Source of the DNA: Hypanus sabinus | Lineage: Eukaryota | Assembly (NCBI RefSeq): GCF_030144855.1 | Contig: NC_082716.1 | Location: 24,056,001 to 24,120,000 of the forward strand | Direction: 5' to 3' | Length of the DNA: 64,000 nucleotides | Shown here: one piece after another, positions 48,035 to 60,479 of the stretch | How positions within the stretch are numbered: the stretch's first letter is position 1 | How the letters are laid out: each line of letters starts with the position of its first letter | Position numbers and translations under genes: made by a program | Notes under the pieces: model-generated | Databases searched by the model: none | Told to the model about the DNA's origin: nothing | The model's input: only the letters and a program-made list of their open reading frames with translations

Positions 48035-48712
48035 ACAGTCAACTCATAAGGCGACACTTCACCTGTGAGTCTGTTGGGGTCATATACTGTGCTCAGTGCT
48101 CCTGGTGTGGTCTCTTGTACAAACATAGATTGGGAGACCACTTCGCCAAGCATCTACACTCTGTCTGCCAGAAAAAGCAGGATCTCCCAGTGGCCACCTA
48201 TTTTAATTCCACTTTCCATTCCCATTCCGATATGTCCATCCATGGCCTCCCCCACTGTCGGGATAAGGCCACACTTAGGTTGCAGGAACAACACCTTATA
48301 TTCTGTTTGGGTAGCCTCCAACCTAATGGCATGAACATCGATTTGTTAAATTTCCAGTCATCCCTCTCCACCCCTACCCCACTTCACCATTTCCCATCCT
48401 TTTGTCCCTGTCTCATGTTATTTCCTTGCCCATCCATCACCTCCCTCTGGTGCTTCTCCCCAGTTCCCCCATTTTTCTTTCTTCCCTGACCTTCTGTCTC
48501 TTTCACCAATCAACTTCCTAGCTGTTTGCTCAATCCCTCCTCCTCCTCCGTTTCACCTATAGCCTGGCATTTCTCTCTCCTCTCCCCTCACCTTTCAAAT
48601 CTACTCCTCACCTTTTTTTCTCTAGTCCTGCTGAAGGGTTTCGGCCCAAAATGTTGACTGTACTCTTTTTGTTGCCTGGCCTGCTGAGTTCCTCCAGCAT
48701 TTTGTGTGTGTC
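48035..48712 (+). mobile_element. Penelope-like element 3' end: GIY-YIG endonuclease remnant plus terminal repeat
   Basis: IRRHFTCESVGVIYCAQCSWCGLLY...RLGDHFAKHL...PVATYFN...RLQEQHLIFCLGSLQPNGMN. A degenerate hammerhead, TAGTC-CTGCTGA-AGGG...CCC-AAAA-TGTT-GACTG, lies at about 48623-48660. Confidence 0.9.
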
Positions 48713-48834
48713 AACTCATAAGTTAGCATGTTTTGCTGAGAGTGTAAGGCTATACACTTCATCTGACCGTACTATTAGAACAGGCATTTTCTTTTAGCCA
48801 CACAGTTAATACACTATAGTATTAATGATTTTTA

Positions 48835-49143
48835 AAAGATTAGCTTCATTTGTCACATATGCATCAAAACATTGAAACGTCCAGTGAAATTAGCCAATTT
48901 GCATCAGCAACCAATGCATTCCAAGGATTATGCTGGGGACAGCCCACAAGTCTCACTTCTGCCACCAATGTGGCATACCCACAATTCAAACCCTAATGTG
49001 CAAGGAAATCAGAGCACCCGGAGGAAAACCATGCTTAATTGGGAGAATATTCAAATACCTTACAGTCGGTGGTGGGAATCGAACTCTGTTTGATGATCGC
49101 TGGTGCTATAAGGAATTGCGCTAATAGCTAAGCAACTGTGCCA
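48835..49143 (-). mobile_element. tRNA/V-domain SINE with non-CR1 (Rex1-like) 3' tail
   Basis: On the + strand the head is GGGAATCGAACTC...GCGCTAATAGCTAAGCAACTGTGCC, the V-domain is GGAAATCAGAGCACCCGGAGGAAAACCA and the tail is GATTAGCTTCATTTGTCACAT. Confidence 0.7.
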
Positions 49144-50399
49144 GCCTACGACTGTTTATGAAACCCTACATTAAACCAGTAGCTCACTGCAGAAATCAGA
49201 TATTAAAATGTGTTACTCCTTCTGGTATTGGATAAAGAGTGTGCATGCAGCAATGTTTATCAAAATTGGGTTCTGCAAATATATTCTGACTGACCAAGCA
49301 ACCATTCACTTGCTTTCAATAACGTTCTTTTAAAGCATTAAGCCAGACTTCAATCTCCATGGAGCTCTCTTGAAAATACCAGATTGCTTTCATTCGCAAG
49401 TACAGAAAAATATACTTTTCTGCTGATAATTGAACATTTTGCTGAAGTAAGCTAAATAATTGAAAATATGTTTATTCCTTCAGACTAGTCAAATAAGTAA
49501 TCATATTTTCATATATTTTTGTCAATAATTTTCCTCATTCATTTTGTAAAGTAATGTATTATACAACTGTCCTTTGGCTGTGAATATATTCCTTATCTGC
49601 CTGTTGCCACGAGCAGATTTTTTCTTACAGCCCTCTGTCCAAAGTCTCCACATCTTCAGCCAGAGTCACTTTTCCCATTATTCTCCTTGGTTGTCTCCAT
49701 TTTATGACCAAAAGATTCTACTTTACATGGATTTTCTTACAAAGACCATTGGATGTGGTATACGGTGAAGTAAAACAGTTCATGGAGATGTTGGAGTCCC
49801 TGTGAGGTAAGCTGAAGATGGGTATGTTGAGATAGCCTTGAGATAGCTGAGGAAGGTGAAAAGGATGATGCATCATAATGTACCGTAGGTGAACATGCTA
49901 CTGCACTCACCTCTTCTGCTTTGTTTGTCTCAGTAAGTTACTACCAGCACTGAATTCACAAGAACGATGCCATGCTGACCACAATGGCAAACTCAAACCA
50001 TACCTTCTTTACTTCACTTATTTCCCTTGGCTGGCCGAGAAACTGTTCTTCTGATCTCTAACATCACATCGAGAGAGGCTTTACTGGAACAAAGCAGTCT
50101 GTGAACGTCCAGGTTGTGTTCCCCTACTACCTTCCAGTGCACCTCAAAATCCTGTCAATGTCCCATTGCAACCTATGTCAACTTTCTACACTATTCACAA
50201 CACCACAAACCTTTGCTTCATCTGCATTGAAAGAAAAGTCTGCTAAATAAGTATCGCAAGAACTTTTATTTTTATTTTTGCTGGCATTAACCTTTGTTTT
50301 AGGTTGTGCACCAGTGCATTTTGTAATTGTAATTTCCAGAGCAGACCCAAGATTTCCAAAAGTTTATCTGGAAACTCATTTCATATTTTCCTGCTTTTC

Positions 50400-50637
50400 C
50401 ATGAAACACAGAAAATGGACTACTCAGCCCATCAAGTTCCAGAGTAGTACACTGAGTTTCATTCACAGGCAACTCTCAGTTGCCAATTAGCCAATCAGCA
50501 TATTTTTTGAAATATGAGCAGAAACTAGAGTATTCTCATGGTCACAGGAAGGACCAACAAATTTAACGCCGACAGTACCTGTGGTCATGAAGGAGCTAGA
50601 TTACTAGAGTAATAGTTATAGCTGCTGCACCACTGTC
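50400..50637 (-). mobile_element. Old V-SINE
   Basis: GAAAATGGACTACTCAGCCCATCAAG...GAAACTAGAGTA...GGTCACAGGAAG...GCTGCTGCACCACTGT. Confidence 0.6.
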
Positions 50638-50869
50638 ACAGGTCACAGAATCTTTTGGATCACAGTGACCAGCAAGGAATACAGAATAAAGAGTAGGGAT
50701 GCAGGTTTTAATATCATTAGGAAAAACTGGATGTAAATGCAGCACTCTTGTCAATAATTTTTACCCCAGATATTTTTACCCCATGGCATTTCTGGACTTG
50801 TTACCATTTATTTTAGACAAATATGATGGGAATCCACCTGTTTCAATTCTCACACATAAGACAATTTTC

Positions 50870-51850
50870 TAAACATATGAAGTGGCAGTTGGAGTTCAAT
50901 CTGGAAATGTGTGTAGTGATGCATTTAGGAAGGTCAAACTTGAGGGCAGAGTACGTTAGTGGCAGAATTCTTAGTATGGAGTCTTGAGGGTTTATGCCCA
51001 TAGATCCCTCAACATTGACACACGGTTTCATAGGGTGCTTAAAAAGGTGACATGGTGTGTTGGTCGTCACTAGTTGTGGCACTGTTGGTCTTCATTAGTT
51101 GAGGTAATGTAGCTCTATAAATCTCTGCAACACACACACACACACAAAATGTTAAAGGAACTGAGCAGGCCAGGCAACATCTATGGAAAAGAATACAGTT
51201 GACGTTTCAGGCCGAGACCCTTCAACAAGACTCTTTTCCATAGATGCTGCCTGGCCTACTGAGTTCCTCCAGCATATTATGTTTGGATTTCCAGCATCTG
51301 CAGATTTTCTCTTGTTTCCAGAAATCTCTGCTTGGACCGCACTTGTGTTTAGTTCTGGTTTCCTCATTATGAGGAAACATGAAAGCTTTAGAAGAGGGTG
51401 CTGAGGAAATTTATCAGGATGCTGCCTGAACTAGAGAGGATGTCCTATGAGGATAAGTTGAGCGAGTTAGTGCTTTCCTCTTTGGAGTGAAGGAGAATGA
51501 GAGGTGGCTTGATAAAGATGCCTGAGATGATAGGAGGAATAATCAGAGTGGCCAGTCAGGGCTGCAATGGCTAATATGTAAGGGCATATTTTTAAGTTGC
51601 TTGGCAGAAAGTATAGGGGATGTCGGAGGTAGTTTTTTTGTACACAGAGTGACAAATGTGTGAAATGCACTACCAGGGATGGTGGTGCAGGCAGATAGAT
51701 TCAGAACATTATCAGACTGACGCATGAATGAAAGTAAAATGGAGGGGTATGTGCGAGGGAAGGGTGAGATTGATGTTGGATTAGGTAAAAAGGTCACACA
51801 ATGTTGTGGACAGAAAGGGCTATTCTGTGCTGTAATGTTTTTTATTCTGT
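50870..51850 (+). mobile_element. CR1 3' fragment interrupted by a Penelope fold-back
   Basis: KWQLEFN...MHLGR remnant and terminal GAAAGGGCTATTCTGTGCTGTAATGTT. Confidence 0.75.
51128..51316. mobile_element. Second fold-back of Penelope terminal repeats
   Basis: GGAACTGAGCAGGCCAGGCAACATCTATGGAAAAGA pairs with TCTTTTCCATAGATGCTGCCTGGCCTACTGAGTTCC. The loop holds one minus-strand degenerate hammerhead (agtc-TTGTTGA-agggtctcggcct-GAAA-cGTC-aactg). Confidence 0.85.
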
Positions 51851-52214
51851 GTTCAAATTCTGGACATTTGAATTTCCTTGTTCTATCCCCCACTTATCAA
51901 AATCTTAAATTTTGAAAATCTCAAGAACATAGAAAATTTGGATGGCTGACTTGACAAATGCAACATGGGAGAGAACATTGAACTGGAAAGTTCAATTAGT
52001 TACTCTTTTGTGTCAGAAGATCAGAATCACTATGAACACTGCTTAGAAATTCATTTTCTGCATAGTGAATATAGCTTAAAGCCACAAGAAAATTTCTTTA
52101 ATTAATAATGTTTCAAATCTGACTAATCTTTTCTGTGGGCATATTCAGTTTTTCAATCTTTTAAAGTGATCTTTAAAACAAAGACTTTGTGAAACACGTG
52201 TGATGCAGGCTGCA

Positions 52215-52342
52215 GATGAAGGATCACAGCCTGAAATGTCGACTGTTCCTCTCCATAGATACTGCCTGACCTGTTGAGACCCTTCAACACCTATGGTGTG
52301 TTGCTCTGGATTTCCAGCATCTGCAGAATCTCCTGTGTTTGT
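52215..52342 (+). mobile_element. Solo Penelope terminal repeat
   Basis: GATGAAGGATCACAGCCTGAAATGTCGACTG...CCAGCATCTGCAGAATCTCCTGTGTTT. Confidence 0.8.
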
Positions 52343-52459
52343 GACATATTAGTTTCACCTTTCATTATGCTTATTACACTGCTGCATGAGACACTTGGCT
52401 GATTATTCTTGCTACATTTATGGTTTTTCCAAAAAAACCCATAGTGACTATATCTGAAA

Positions 52460-52831
52460 ATTCAAACTTCTAAGTACGTTTATTATCAAAGTATGTATAC
52501 ATTATACAATCTTGAGACACATCTCCTAACAGGCAGCCACAAAACAACAAAATCCAAAAAGTTCAGATAAAAAGACCATCAAACACCCAATGTACAGAGA
52601 GAAAAGAAAGTCAAATCATCCAAACCGATAACCGCAAGCAAATAGCAGATTCTGAACTGAAGTCCACAGAGAGAGGTCCATAGTTTACCACAGTTCAACT
52701 CAGAACCAAGTAAATGTTGTGGAGCAGTGAACTGAACTGACTTGTTCCTCACCTCAGGCCCTGATAGCCTGACCTTTTCAATCTGGCTGGCTGCCTAAAT
52801 TGTCGCCCAAACATCAGGTTCAGTTGCCGCG
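52460..52831 (-). mobile_element. Non-autonomous Rex1-tailed repeat, split by the HERO element (resumes about 54916-54985)
   Basis: Collinear with 37960-38600 on both sides of the HERO insertion. Confidence 0.55.
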
Positions 52832-54915
52832 ATACACTCTGGTTAAGGCCTACTTCCAGGACTTGCAGCTATATTTGACAACAGCAGACTACACCACAGC
52901 GTGGCAACATCTGGAAGTGGGAATCATGGCCGGTCGTACCATCTCCCCGCTAGCCTTCACCATGGCCATGGAAGTGATCATTAGAATATCTCGATGGGTA
53001 TAAGACCTGGCCTGAGGCTGCGCCTATCAGGGCATACATGGACGATCTCACAACACTCACCACGACCAAGGTTTGTACTGTACGCCTGTTGAGGAAGCTT
53101 CAAGAGAGTATCAAGAATATTGGCTGAAGATCGAGCTGAGCAAATGCAGAAGCATCTCCATCGTCAAGGGGAACCTGGTGGACCAATGCTTCTACATGGG
53201 TGATGAGACGATTCCAACAGTCTTCAAGAAGCCTGTGAAGAGTCTAGGTCAGTGGTATAACGCATCCCTCAAAGACACAGAGCAGGTAGGTCAGCTCTGG
53301 AAGGATGCCATCAGTGGCCTTGAGAGCATCAACAGAACCACACTCCCTGGCACATTGAAGCTCTGGTGTATGCAGTCTGGGCTCCTTCCATGCCTCACGT
53401 GGCCAATAACCCTGTATGAGATTCCAGTCTTGAAGCTGGAAAAGCTGGAGAGACTGATCAGCTCATACGTAAAGAAGTTGCTTAGTCTTCCCAGGTGCCT
53501 CAGCAGTATTGGGCTCTGTGGCAAAGGAGTCCTAGAGCCACCCGCTTCAACTCTTTCAGAGGAGTACGAGTGCACCAAAGTAAGACTGGAGATGATGTTG
53601 ACAGAGGCGAGTGATCCATTTGTAGCACAAACTGTCCTCATCCTGGATACTGGGAGGAAATGGACTCCATCAGAAGCAACCGAGCAAGCAAAGGCAGCAC
53701 TCAAGCACAGGGACATTGTGGGCCAAGTGCAGCAAGGGAGGAGTGGTCTGGGCCTTGGACAGTACACCAGCCTGGAACGAGGCTGCTACATCTCAGAGAC
53801 ACAGGCTCGTGACGCAGGAGATGCGTCAGCAGGAGGAGGCTGCAAGGTGCATGAAGGCTGTCACTCTGGCAAGCCAAGGGCAACAGATGAGATGGGAGGG
53901 AGCAGAGAAAGGAAAGATCTCCTGGAGAGAGCTGTGGGAGATGGAGACATTCAGAGCCAGCTTCACCATCAGGGCTGCCTACCATGTCTTGCCATCTCCC
54001 ATGAATCTCAGCCAGTGGTATGGAGAGGGCCCCACATGTTCCCTCTGCCCGACTTCAGCAACACTAAAACACATTCTGGTGGGCTGCAAGACTAGTCTTA
54101 CTCAAGGCCGATATACCTGGTGGCACAACCAGGTGCTACGGTGTTTTGCACAGTGCTGGAAAGTTGGCGGACGAGCGTCAATGCTCTCCCTCCCACTTCA
54201 TCCCGCTGGCCATTAACAGCATTTGTCTGGGAAAGTGAGGGGTTAAGCCAGACTCAATACATCAAGACCAGACACCGGGCGGCTCGGCGGGGCACGTGAT
54301 TGGAAGATGGTGGCAGACCAGAGGCTCTGCTTCCCAAATAAAGTCGCGGAAACCAACCTCAGACCAGACCTTGGGCTATGGTCGGCCTCACTCCATCTCG
54401 TTTACATCATCGAGCTTACAGTGCCCTGGGAGGATGCAGTGGAGGAGATCTACGAGCGCAAGAAGCTGAGGTACGTTGAGCTTGCAGCCAATGTGCAGCA
54501 ACATGGCTGGAAAGCAAGGGTGCGACCAGTTGAAGTAGGCTGCAGAGGATTTGTAGCCACATCAACATCAAGGCTACTCCGGGAGTTGGGAGTGCGAGGG
54601 AAGACACAGCGACGAGCAGTCAAAGACCTCTCCAGAGCTGCTGAAAAAGGTAGTCAGTGGCTCTGGATGAAGAGAAAGGATTCCATCTGGGCCCCCAAGT
54701 GAGTGAATGGCATCTAGGGGATGAGCCCAGGAGGCCGGGATTCAGGGCTGAACCCTCTGGAGGTGCTGTGGGCCTATCAGTGAAACACTGAGGAAGGAGG
54801 GCGCCCACTTGATAACCCAGAAGATGCCACCACTCACTTGGCCACCCCACCAAGTCTAGGCAGCATGTGTCAGGAGAGAAAATAAGGGATATTAACATCT
54901 AGTCCTACATAACAT
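52832..54915 (+). mobile_element. HERO-clade (restriction-like endonuclease) non-LTR retrotransposon, 5'-truncated and frameshifted
   Basis: RT motifs are GIMAGRTISPLAF, RAYMDDL and PVKSLGQWY. The CCHC knuckle is CSLC...LKHILVGC, followed by RYTWWHNQVL. The RLE is LRPDL...IELTVPWE...ERKKLRY...PVEVGCRG, with a stop at 54702 and a short 3' UTR. Confidence 0.88.
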
Positions 54916-55574
54916 ACCTGGGGCCTGTACTCCACCACCTCGATTCGGCCTGTACCTAATCTTTCCAATTTGGCACTGTGCTTAAAAAATATGCACTTAA
55001 TATGCAAAGCAATTCCTTTAAGTTGATTCATTTACTGCATGTGACACATCTCTGATATTTTTCAGATCTTTTCTGCACAACCTCAATTTCAGAACTATCT
55101 GTTATCTATCAAATGTAATGGAATGAATGAAGTCGAAACAATATTGAATGAACTTTGCATCATACAAACAGTCACTATATACATCTTAAAAGCAAGTCTG
55201 TATCAGTGTTTATGCCTTACATGAGCCTTCCAACAACACTACCACAGGATGAATAGGAATAGGTGGCTACAAGGATGATGGTCTAGTTTTGGTTTCTGCA
55301 ATAAAGTGACGGTGGGATCAGTATTCTATAAATGGACTGAGGGATAGATTCCATTCAAATATGTCTGCCTTCAAAGATTTGGAAGAATGTTGTCACTGAG
55401 CCAGGTAATATTACTTTAGGTAGACAATGATGACCTTGGGAACCATTTCAAATAGTCAAGATCTACAAATACAGCATAAATGAACTGAACTCTACTCACG
55501 CCTATGCACTGTAGTTGAGTAATATCAAACTATTTTTTGTTTATGCCAACCACCATTTGTAGGAAAAGGTATAA

Positions 55575-57270
55575 TAAACACGAGAGATTTTGTAGATGCT
55601 GGAAATTCTGAGCAATACACACAAAATGCTGGAAGAACTCAGCAGGTCAGGCAGTATCCATGGAAAAGAATAAACAGTCGATGTTTCAGGCCTAGAAAGG
55701 AAGACTGCCAGAATAAGCAGGTGGCGGGTGGGGCAGGGGTGTTGAGTGCAAGCTAGAAGGTGATAGATGAAGTCAGGTGGATGGGGGAAGGGGTATGAAG
55801 TAAGAATCTGGGAGGTGAATGGTGGAAAGGGTATAGGGCTGGAGAAGAAGGAATCTGATAGGAAAGGAGTGGACCATAGGAGAAAGGGAAGGAGGAGTGG
55901 CACCGGTTGGGGGGGGGGGTGCTGGTGATAGGCAGGTTGGGAGAAGAGGTAATGGGGAGGCAGATTTTGGAAATGAAGAGGGAAAGAGGGGGGAAAGTTA
56001 CCAGAAGTTGGAGAAATCAATGTTCACCATCATTGGAGGCTACCCAGACAGAATAGAAGGTGTTACTCCTCCAACCTGAGAGTGGCCTTATCCTTATAGA
56101 AGAGGAGGCAATGGACCAACATGTTGGCATGGGAATGGAGATTGGAAATGAATAATTAGCCACTGGGAAATTCTGCTTTTTGTTGATGGAGCAAAGATGC
56201 CCAACAAAGTGGACCCAATTTATGTCAGTTCTCGTCAATGTAGACGAGGCTATGTAATGCAGAAAGTGTTGGGAAGCTTACAATGCAAGGCTTGCAATGT
56301 GGACTGTTCAAAGAAAAGACAGGCATAGCTGGGCCCGTGTGATCACCCATGGCTACACCTTAAGCTTGGAAAAAGTGAGAGGAACCAAAAGAGAAATTGT
56401 TGAGAGTAAGGACCAGTTCTGCTAGAAGGAAGAAGATGGCAGTGGGGGGGAACTGGTCGGGTCTGTTGTCAATAAAGAAGTGGAAAACCATAAGGCCATC
56501 TTGATGGGGGATAGAAGTGTATAGGACCTGGACATCCATGGGGGAAATGAAGTAATCGTGGTCAGGGAATTGAAATTTGTTGAGGAGATTGAGAGCATGT
56601 GAAGTGTTGTGGATGTAGGTGGGAAGGGGATAAAATGAAGTTGAGGTATGCAGATATGAGTTCGGTGAGGCAGGAGCAGGCAGAAACAGTGGACCAACCT
56701 GGACAGTTAGGTTTGTGGATCTTCAATAAGGATTAGAAATGAGCGGAACAGGATAAGGGAAATTTGAGGTTGGTGGCGGTGGATGGGAGATCTCCGGAGT
56801 TGATGAGATTGCGGATGGTGCAGGTGACAGTGGCCTGATAGGCCTGAAAGGGGTCTTTTTCAAGACATAGGTAAGAGGAGGTGTCTGAGAGTTGGCACCT
56901 TGCCTCAACAAAGTAGAGATCAGTCTGCCAGACTACAACATCACCCACTTTGCCTGTGGGTTTGCTGGTGAGATCAGGATTGGTGCAGATAGAGCAAAGG
57001 ACAGTGGGTTCAGAGGGGTTGAAGAGGAGACAGGAGTACTGAAGTCGAGCCAGTTAATGTCTCATCGGCAATTACAAATGAAAAGGTCCAGGGCAGGAAG
57101 TGAACCAGTGAGAGGTGTCCTAGAAGAAGAGGAGGGTTGGAGACAGAAGAAGGGGTCATCACTGCCGGGTGGGAAATCCTTGCTAAAGAAGTGGGCATGG
57201 GCACAGAGGTGACAGAGGAAGAGCTCAGCGCCATGATGGACGTGGAACTCACTGAAGTCCATGCAAAGGG
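55575..57270 (-). mobile_element. Penelope-like element: RT, GIY-YIG remnants and terminal repeat
   Basis: Remnants include DFSEFHVHHGAELF, MGDVVVWQTDLY...LSDTSSYL, MDVQ and GVAMG-like RT motifs, and PVANY. The terminal repeat lies at 55575-55700. Confidence 0.88.
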
Positions 57271-57649
57271 AGACAAATGTTAGACCATTACTGAGGTCAG
57301 ATAGGATTTAGATTATAGGATACCACTTAAATGGAATTATTATTGAGAAAGATCTGAGGATTTTGTTGGGACAGCACATGCAAGAAAAACTATTTTAGAA
57401 ATATATAAAATATTGTTAGTGAACCAGTTACAAATCAAAACAATCTTTAATCAAATATTGTATTCAGCAGGAATATTAACCTTAGTCAAGAAATGTATTA
57501 TACTAAAACACTTCCCTCTTGACTTCTCTAAAATTAATCTCTTTCCATAATTCATGTTGATGCTATATTTAGAGTCACAGAGTCATAGAAAAGTATGGCA
57601 CAGAAGCAAGCCTTTCAGCCCATCTAGTCCATGCTGAAACAATTTATCC

Positions 57650-57885
57650 TGTTGCTGTAAAATAATTGAATGGTTCTCCAGTAGAATAAGATGGGTTCTT
57701 TAACACACAATCCTTATTAATACCTTGCACTTTATTGTCTACCTGACTGCACTTTCTCTGTAACACCCTGCCCTTGTTGCATCTTGTACCACCCCAATGT
57801 ACTGTTGTATTGAATCGATCTGTATAAAAGGCATACGTTAAGATTTTTACAGTACCTTGGTATGTGCACCAACAATAAACCATTT
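57650..57885 (+). mobile_element. Rex1-type 3' tail
   Basis: TATCCTGTTGCTGTAAAATAATTGAATGG...TGCACTTTCTCTGTAAC...CAATAAACCA. Confidence 0.6.
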
Positions 57886-58079
57886 ACCAATTTAGAAGTG
57901 ATCAGCACATAGGTGGAAATTTACCTTGTAGCTTTGAATGATGTTTCATGAGACATCTTTTCTTACAATATATATTAAGACTTCTAGAAGCAGAGTTTTC
58001 AAACTTTAAACAATGCTGTCTTTCAGAAATGAAGGGATTTTTCTTTGTTCTGTACAAAACGGTAATGACCCTTGCTTAG

Positions 58080-59200
58080 TGAAAGAACATAGACTAATGC
58101 AGCCCAGGAAATAAGCTCTTCAGTGAACACTATCTGTGATGAGCATGATGCCAATTTAATTAATCTCATCTGCCTGCACATGGTCTATGGTATATCCCTC
58201 AATCCTCTGCCTGTTCGCATGCTTGTCTAAACGCCCTTATTGCATTTGGATATAGTATTGCTATAGAACATAAAACAATACGGCACAGTACAGGCCCTTT
58301 GGCCCACAATGTTGTGTCAACCCTTAAACCCTGCCTCCCATATAAATAGAACATAGAACATGGAATATTTCTTGCAGTTTCACTTTTCTATGCTTGCTTG
58401 CATTTTTATATAATCATCTATATACATGTAATTGTTTAGTGGATTTTCCAGTAATTACGGTACAGTTGTTTCTATATTTTTCAAGAAACTTCTTAGTTTT
58501 CAATTGCAGGTGTCACAACACTTGAATGTGGCTATTTCATAGGTTAATTGTTATCAGTGGAATTTTGTTATCTCTGGTCTAAGTATGAGAGAACCATGAG
58601 CGTTTTTATTCTTTTGTCTTTACTTTGTTCTCTCAGATCCTCTTTCTTTGTTTTTTGTTCTTGTACACTTAATAAAATTGCTTAGCAATAAGTTCTATGC
58701 ATTGTTCTTGACTTCTGAAGAACCCTTGGATTGCAGAAGCATCAGGATCTGATACTCTCTTAAATGTTGATATCATTACTTCCCTTGGTAGTATGTTTCA
58801 GGCACCTGTCACTCTCTGTATGAAAGAAACTTGCCTCACACATCTCCTTCAACTCCTCCACCCCTCACCTTGAAACAATGCCCTCTATTATTTGATATTT
58901 CTATCCCAGGAAAAATACTCCGACCATCTTCGCTTCTCAGCCTCTGACACTCCAGAGAAAACAATCCATGCTTGACTGATCTCTCTTTATAGTTAATGCT
59001 CCCCAATCCAGGCAATATCCTGGAAATCCACATTTGCATCCTTCATATTCTTTTGTAACATCACGAGCATTAAATGTGGTCTAAACAATGTTTTATACAA
59101 CTGGAATGTGACATCCCAACTTTTTACACTCAATGTCCAGACCACTGAAGGGGGTTTTGTCATTTCCTTTATCATATTCTCTAATTGAATTGCCACTTTT
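58080..59200 (-). mobile_element. CR1 3' fragment with nested CR1 tail and LTR-like insert
   Basis: QLYKTLFRPHL, GLFSLECQRLR and NRGHCFKVRG remnants. Confidence 0.72.
58360..58755 (+). mobile_element. Second copy of the putative LTR family at 31424-31910
   Basis: Shared blocks are TTTCTTGCAGTTT, TATATAATCA.CT.TATACATG, TGTCACA, ACACTTAATA and TTGGAT..CAGAAGCATCAGG. Confidence 0.6.
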
Positions 59201-60479
59201 ACTATGATCTTCAGTGCAAAATGCTGAGTCTAAGAATTAATGAAATTCTGTGGTCTCTCAATAATTACTTGCTGCAGGAAATGAATGAGGGAACCATGTT
59301 GTGGGCATTAGGATTATCAGATCAAAGATGATAGTTATTGATCATGCCACAAAATTAGCCTTCAGCAATCAGTGCTAAAGCATGCAAGTTTACACCATGT
59401 TTTGCTGAAAATAGAGATCAAAGCTTATGACCTGTGAACATTGTTAATTGTATTGAAGTGCCCATATAATTGTCAGTGTTGCATTCACATTCTGCAGAGA
59501 CATGCTTTTCATCTTTCTTGTAAAGTACTTCAGAAAATTTACTTCGAATTGGTTACATCAAAGCTTTATGGTATTGAAGGTAATTAGTGGTTGGTAATGG
59601 TCAAGATGTATGCAGGCCAAATAGACACCAGTGAATAAAACAGTTTACATATTCAGTAGACCTCAGGAAAAGCAGTAGGTCTTAAATCTGTGTTGCCATT
59701 GGATGTGTTGAACTTGATGCAAAATATGTACTTCAAAATTATGGATGTAGCTAAAGATTTAAATTCTGCTAACTTGGCAGAAACAAAATGTGATAAATTA
59801 TTGATGTACTCCTTTCTTTCTATGATCTTTAATCTTTAACATTTCAGCAGCTGTAAGAGTACCCACTTAAGAATATTGCAGTCATTTTTGATAAATGGAA
59901 ATTGGGACTCCAATGATCCAAACAAAAATTCACTCTTGTTTTACCTGATGGATGAGAAGGATTGAGATGGCCTATGCACCAGATGAAGTTAACCAATATT
60001 AGAGGAGTTCTAACACATAAAAGCAATCTAAGGAGAATTTTATGTTAAAATTTCCGGGTTTGCTCATTTATGTGATTGCAGATTTCCATTCGAACCCAAT
60101 TCCCTTCCCAGACCTGAATTCCAATCAATATTCCTTTGGTCCTAGTCAGTTGCTGATACACCTGTACCTAGTTTAGCTCTGTCAGACGTGCCACTAATTT
60201 GTCATATCGTTTTTCTTTTTTCAGTCTGTATTCTCATATACTGTATATGTATTGTTCCTTTTATTATTCATGTGCAACAAAAATTTGTATTTTGTAATTT
60301 AACTGTTTACTTGGAGCAGAAATCCTTGCTGTCACGTGACATTATTGTCATGTTGTCTTTGCTCTAAAAGGGTAATCAAAGGATGGAGATTGGGGTTCAA
60401 AATCAGAATGGAAGTGAATGGAGCCGGCAGACAAAGGTGATGTTTCTCATCTGTGTTCACAATTGTAGTTGAAGAACGA

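Noticed and set aside
47887-48489. 200-aa Cys/His-rich ORF
   Set aside because: It is a chance read-through from an RTE 5' fragment into a Penelope GIY-YIG remnant lacking the YIG motif.
50661-50700. V(D)J recombination signal (CACAGTG heptamer; others near 16642, 23763 and 25708)
   Set aside because: There is no ACAAAAACC-like nonamer at a 12 or 23 spacing with adequate match, and no V, D or J coding segments nearby.
53073-54095. 340-aa ORF as a novel protein
   Set aside because: It is HERO RT/thumb sequence that runs out of frame after about QQGRSGLG. The true frame continues in ORF 53716-54216.
31424-58755. One giant provirus bounded by the two LTR-like copies
   Set aside because: The copies are strongly diverged, there is no PBS after the first, there is no gag/pol/env between them, and the second is nested in a CR1.
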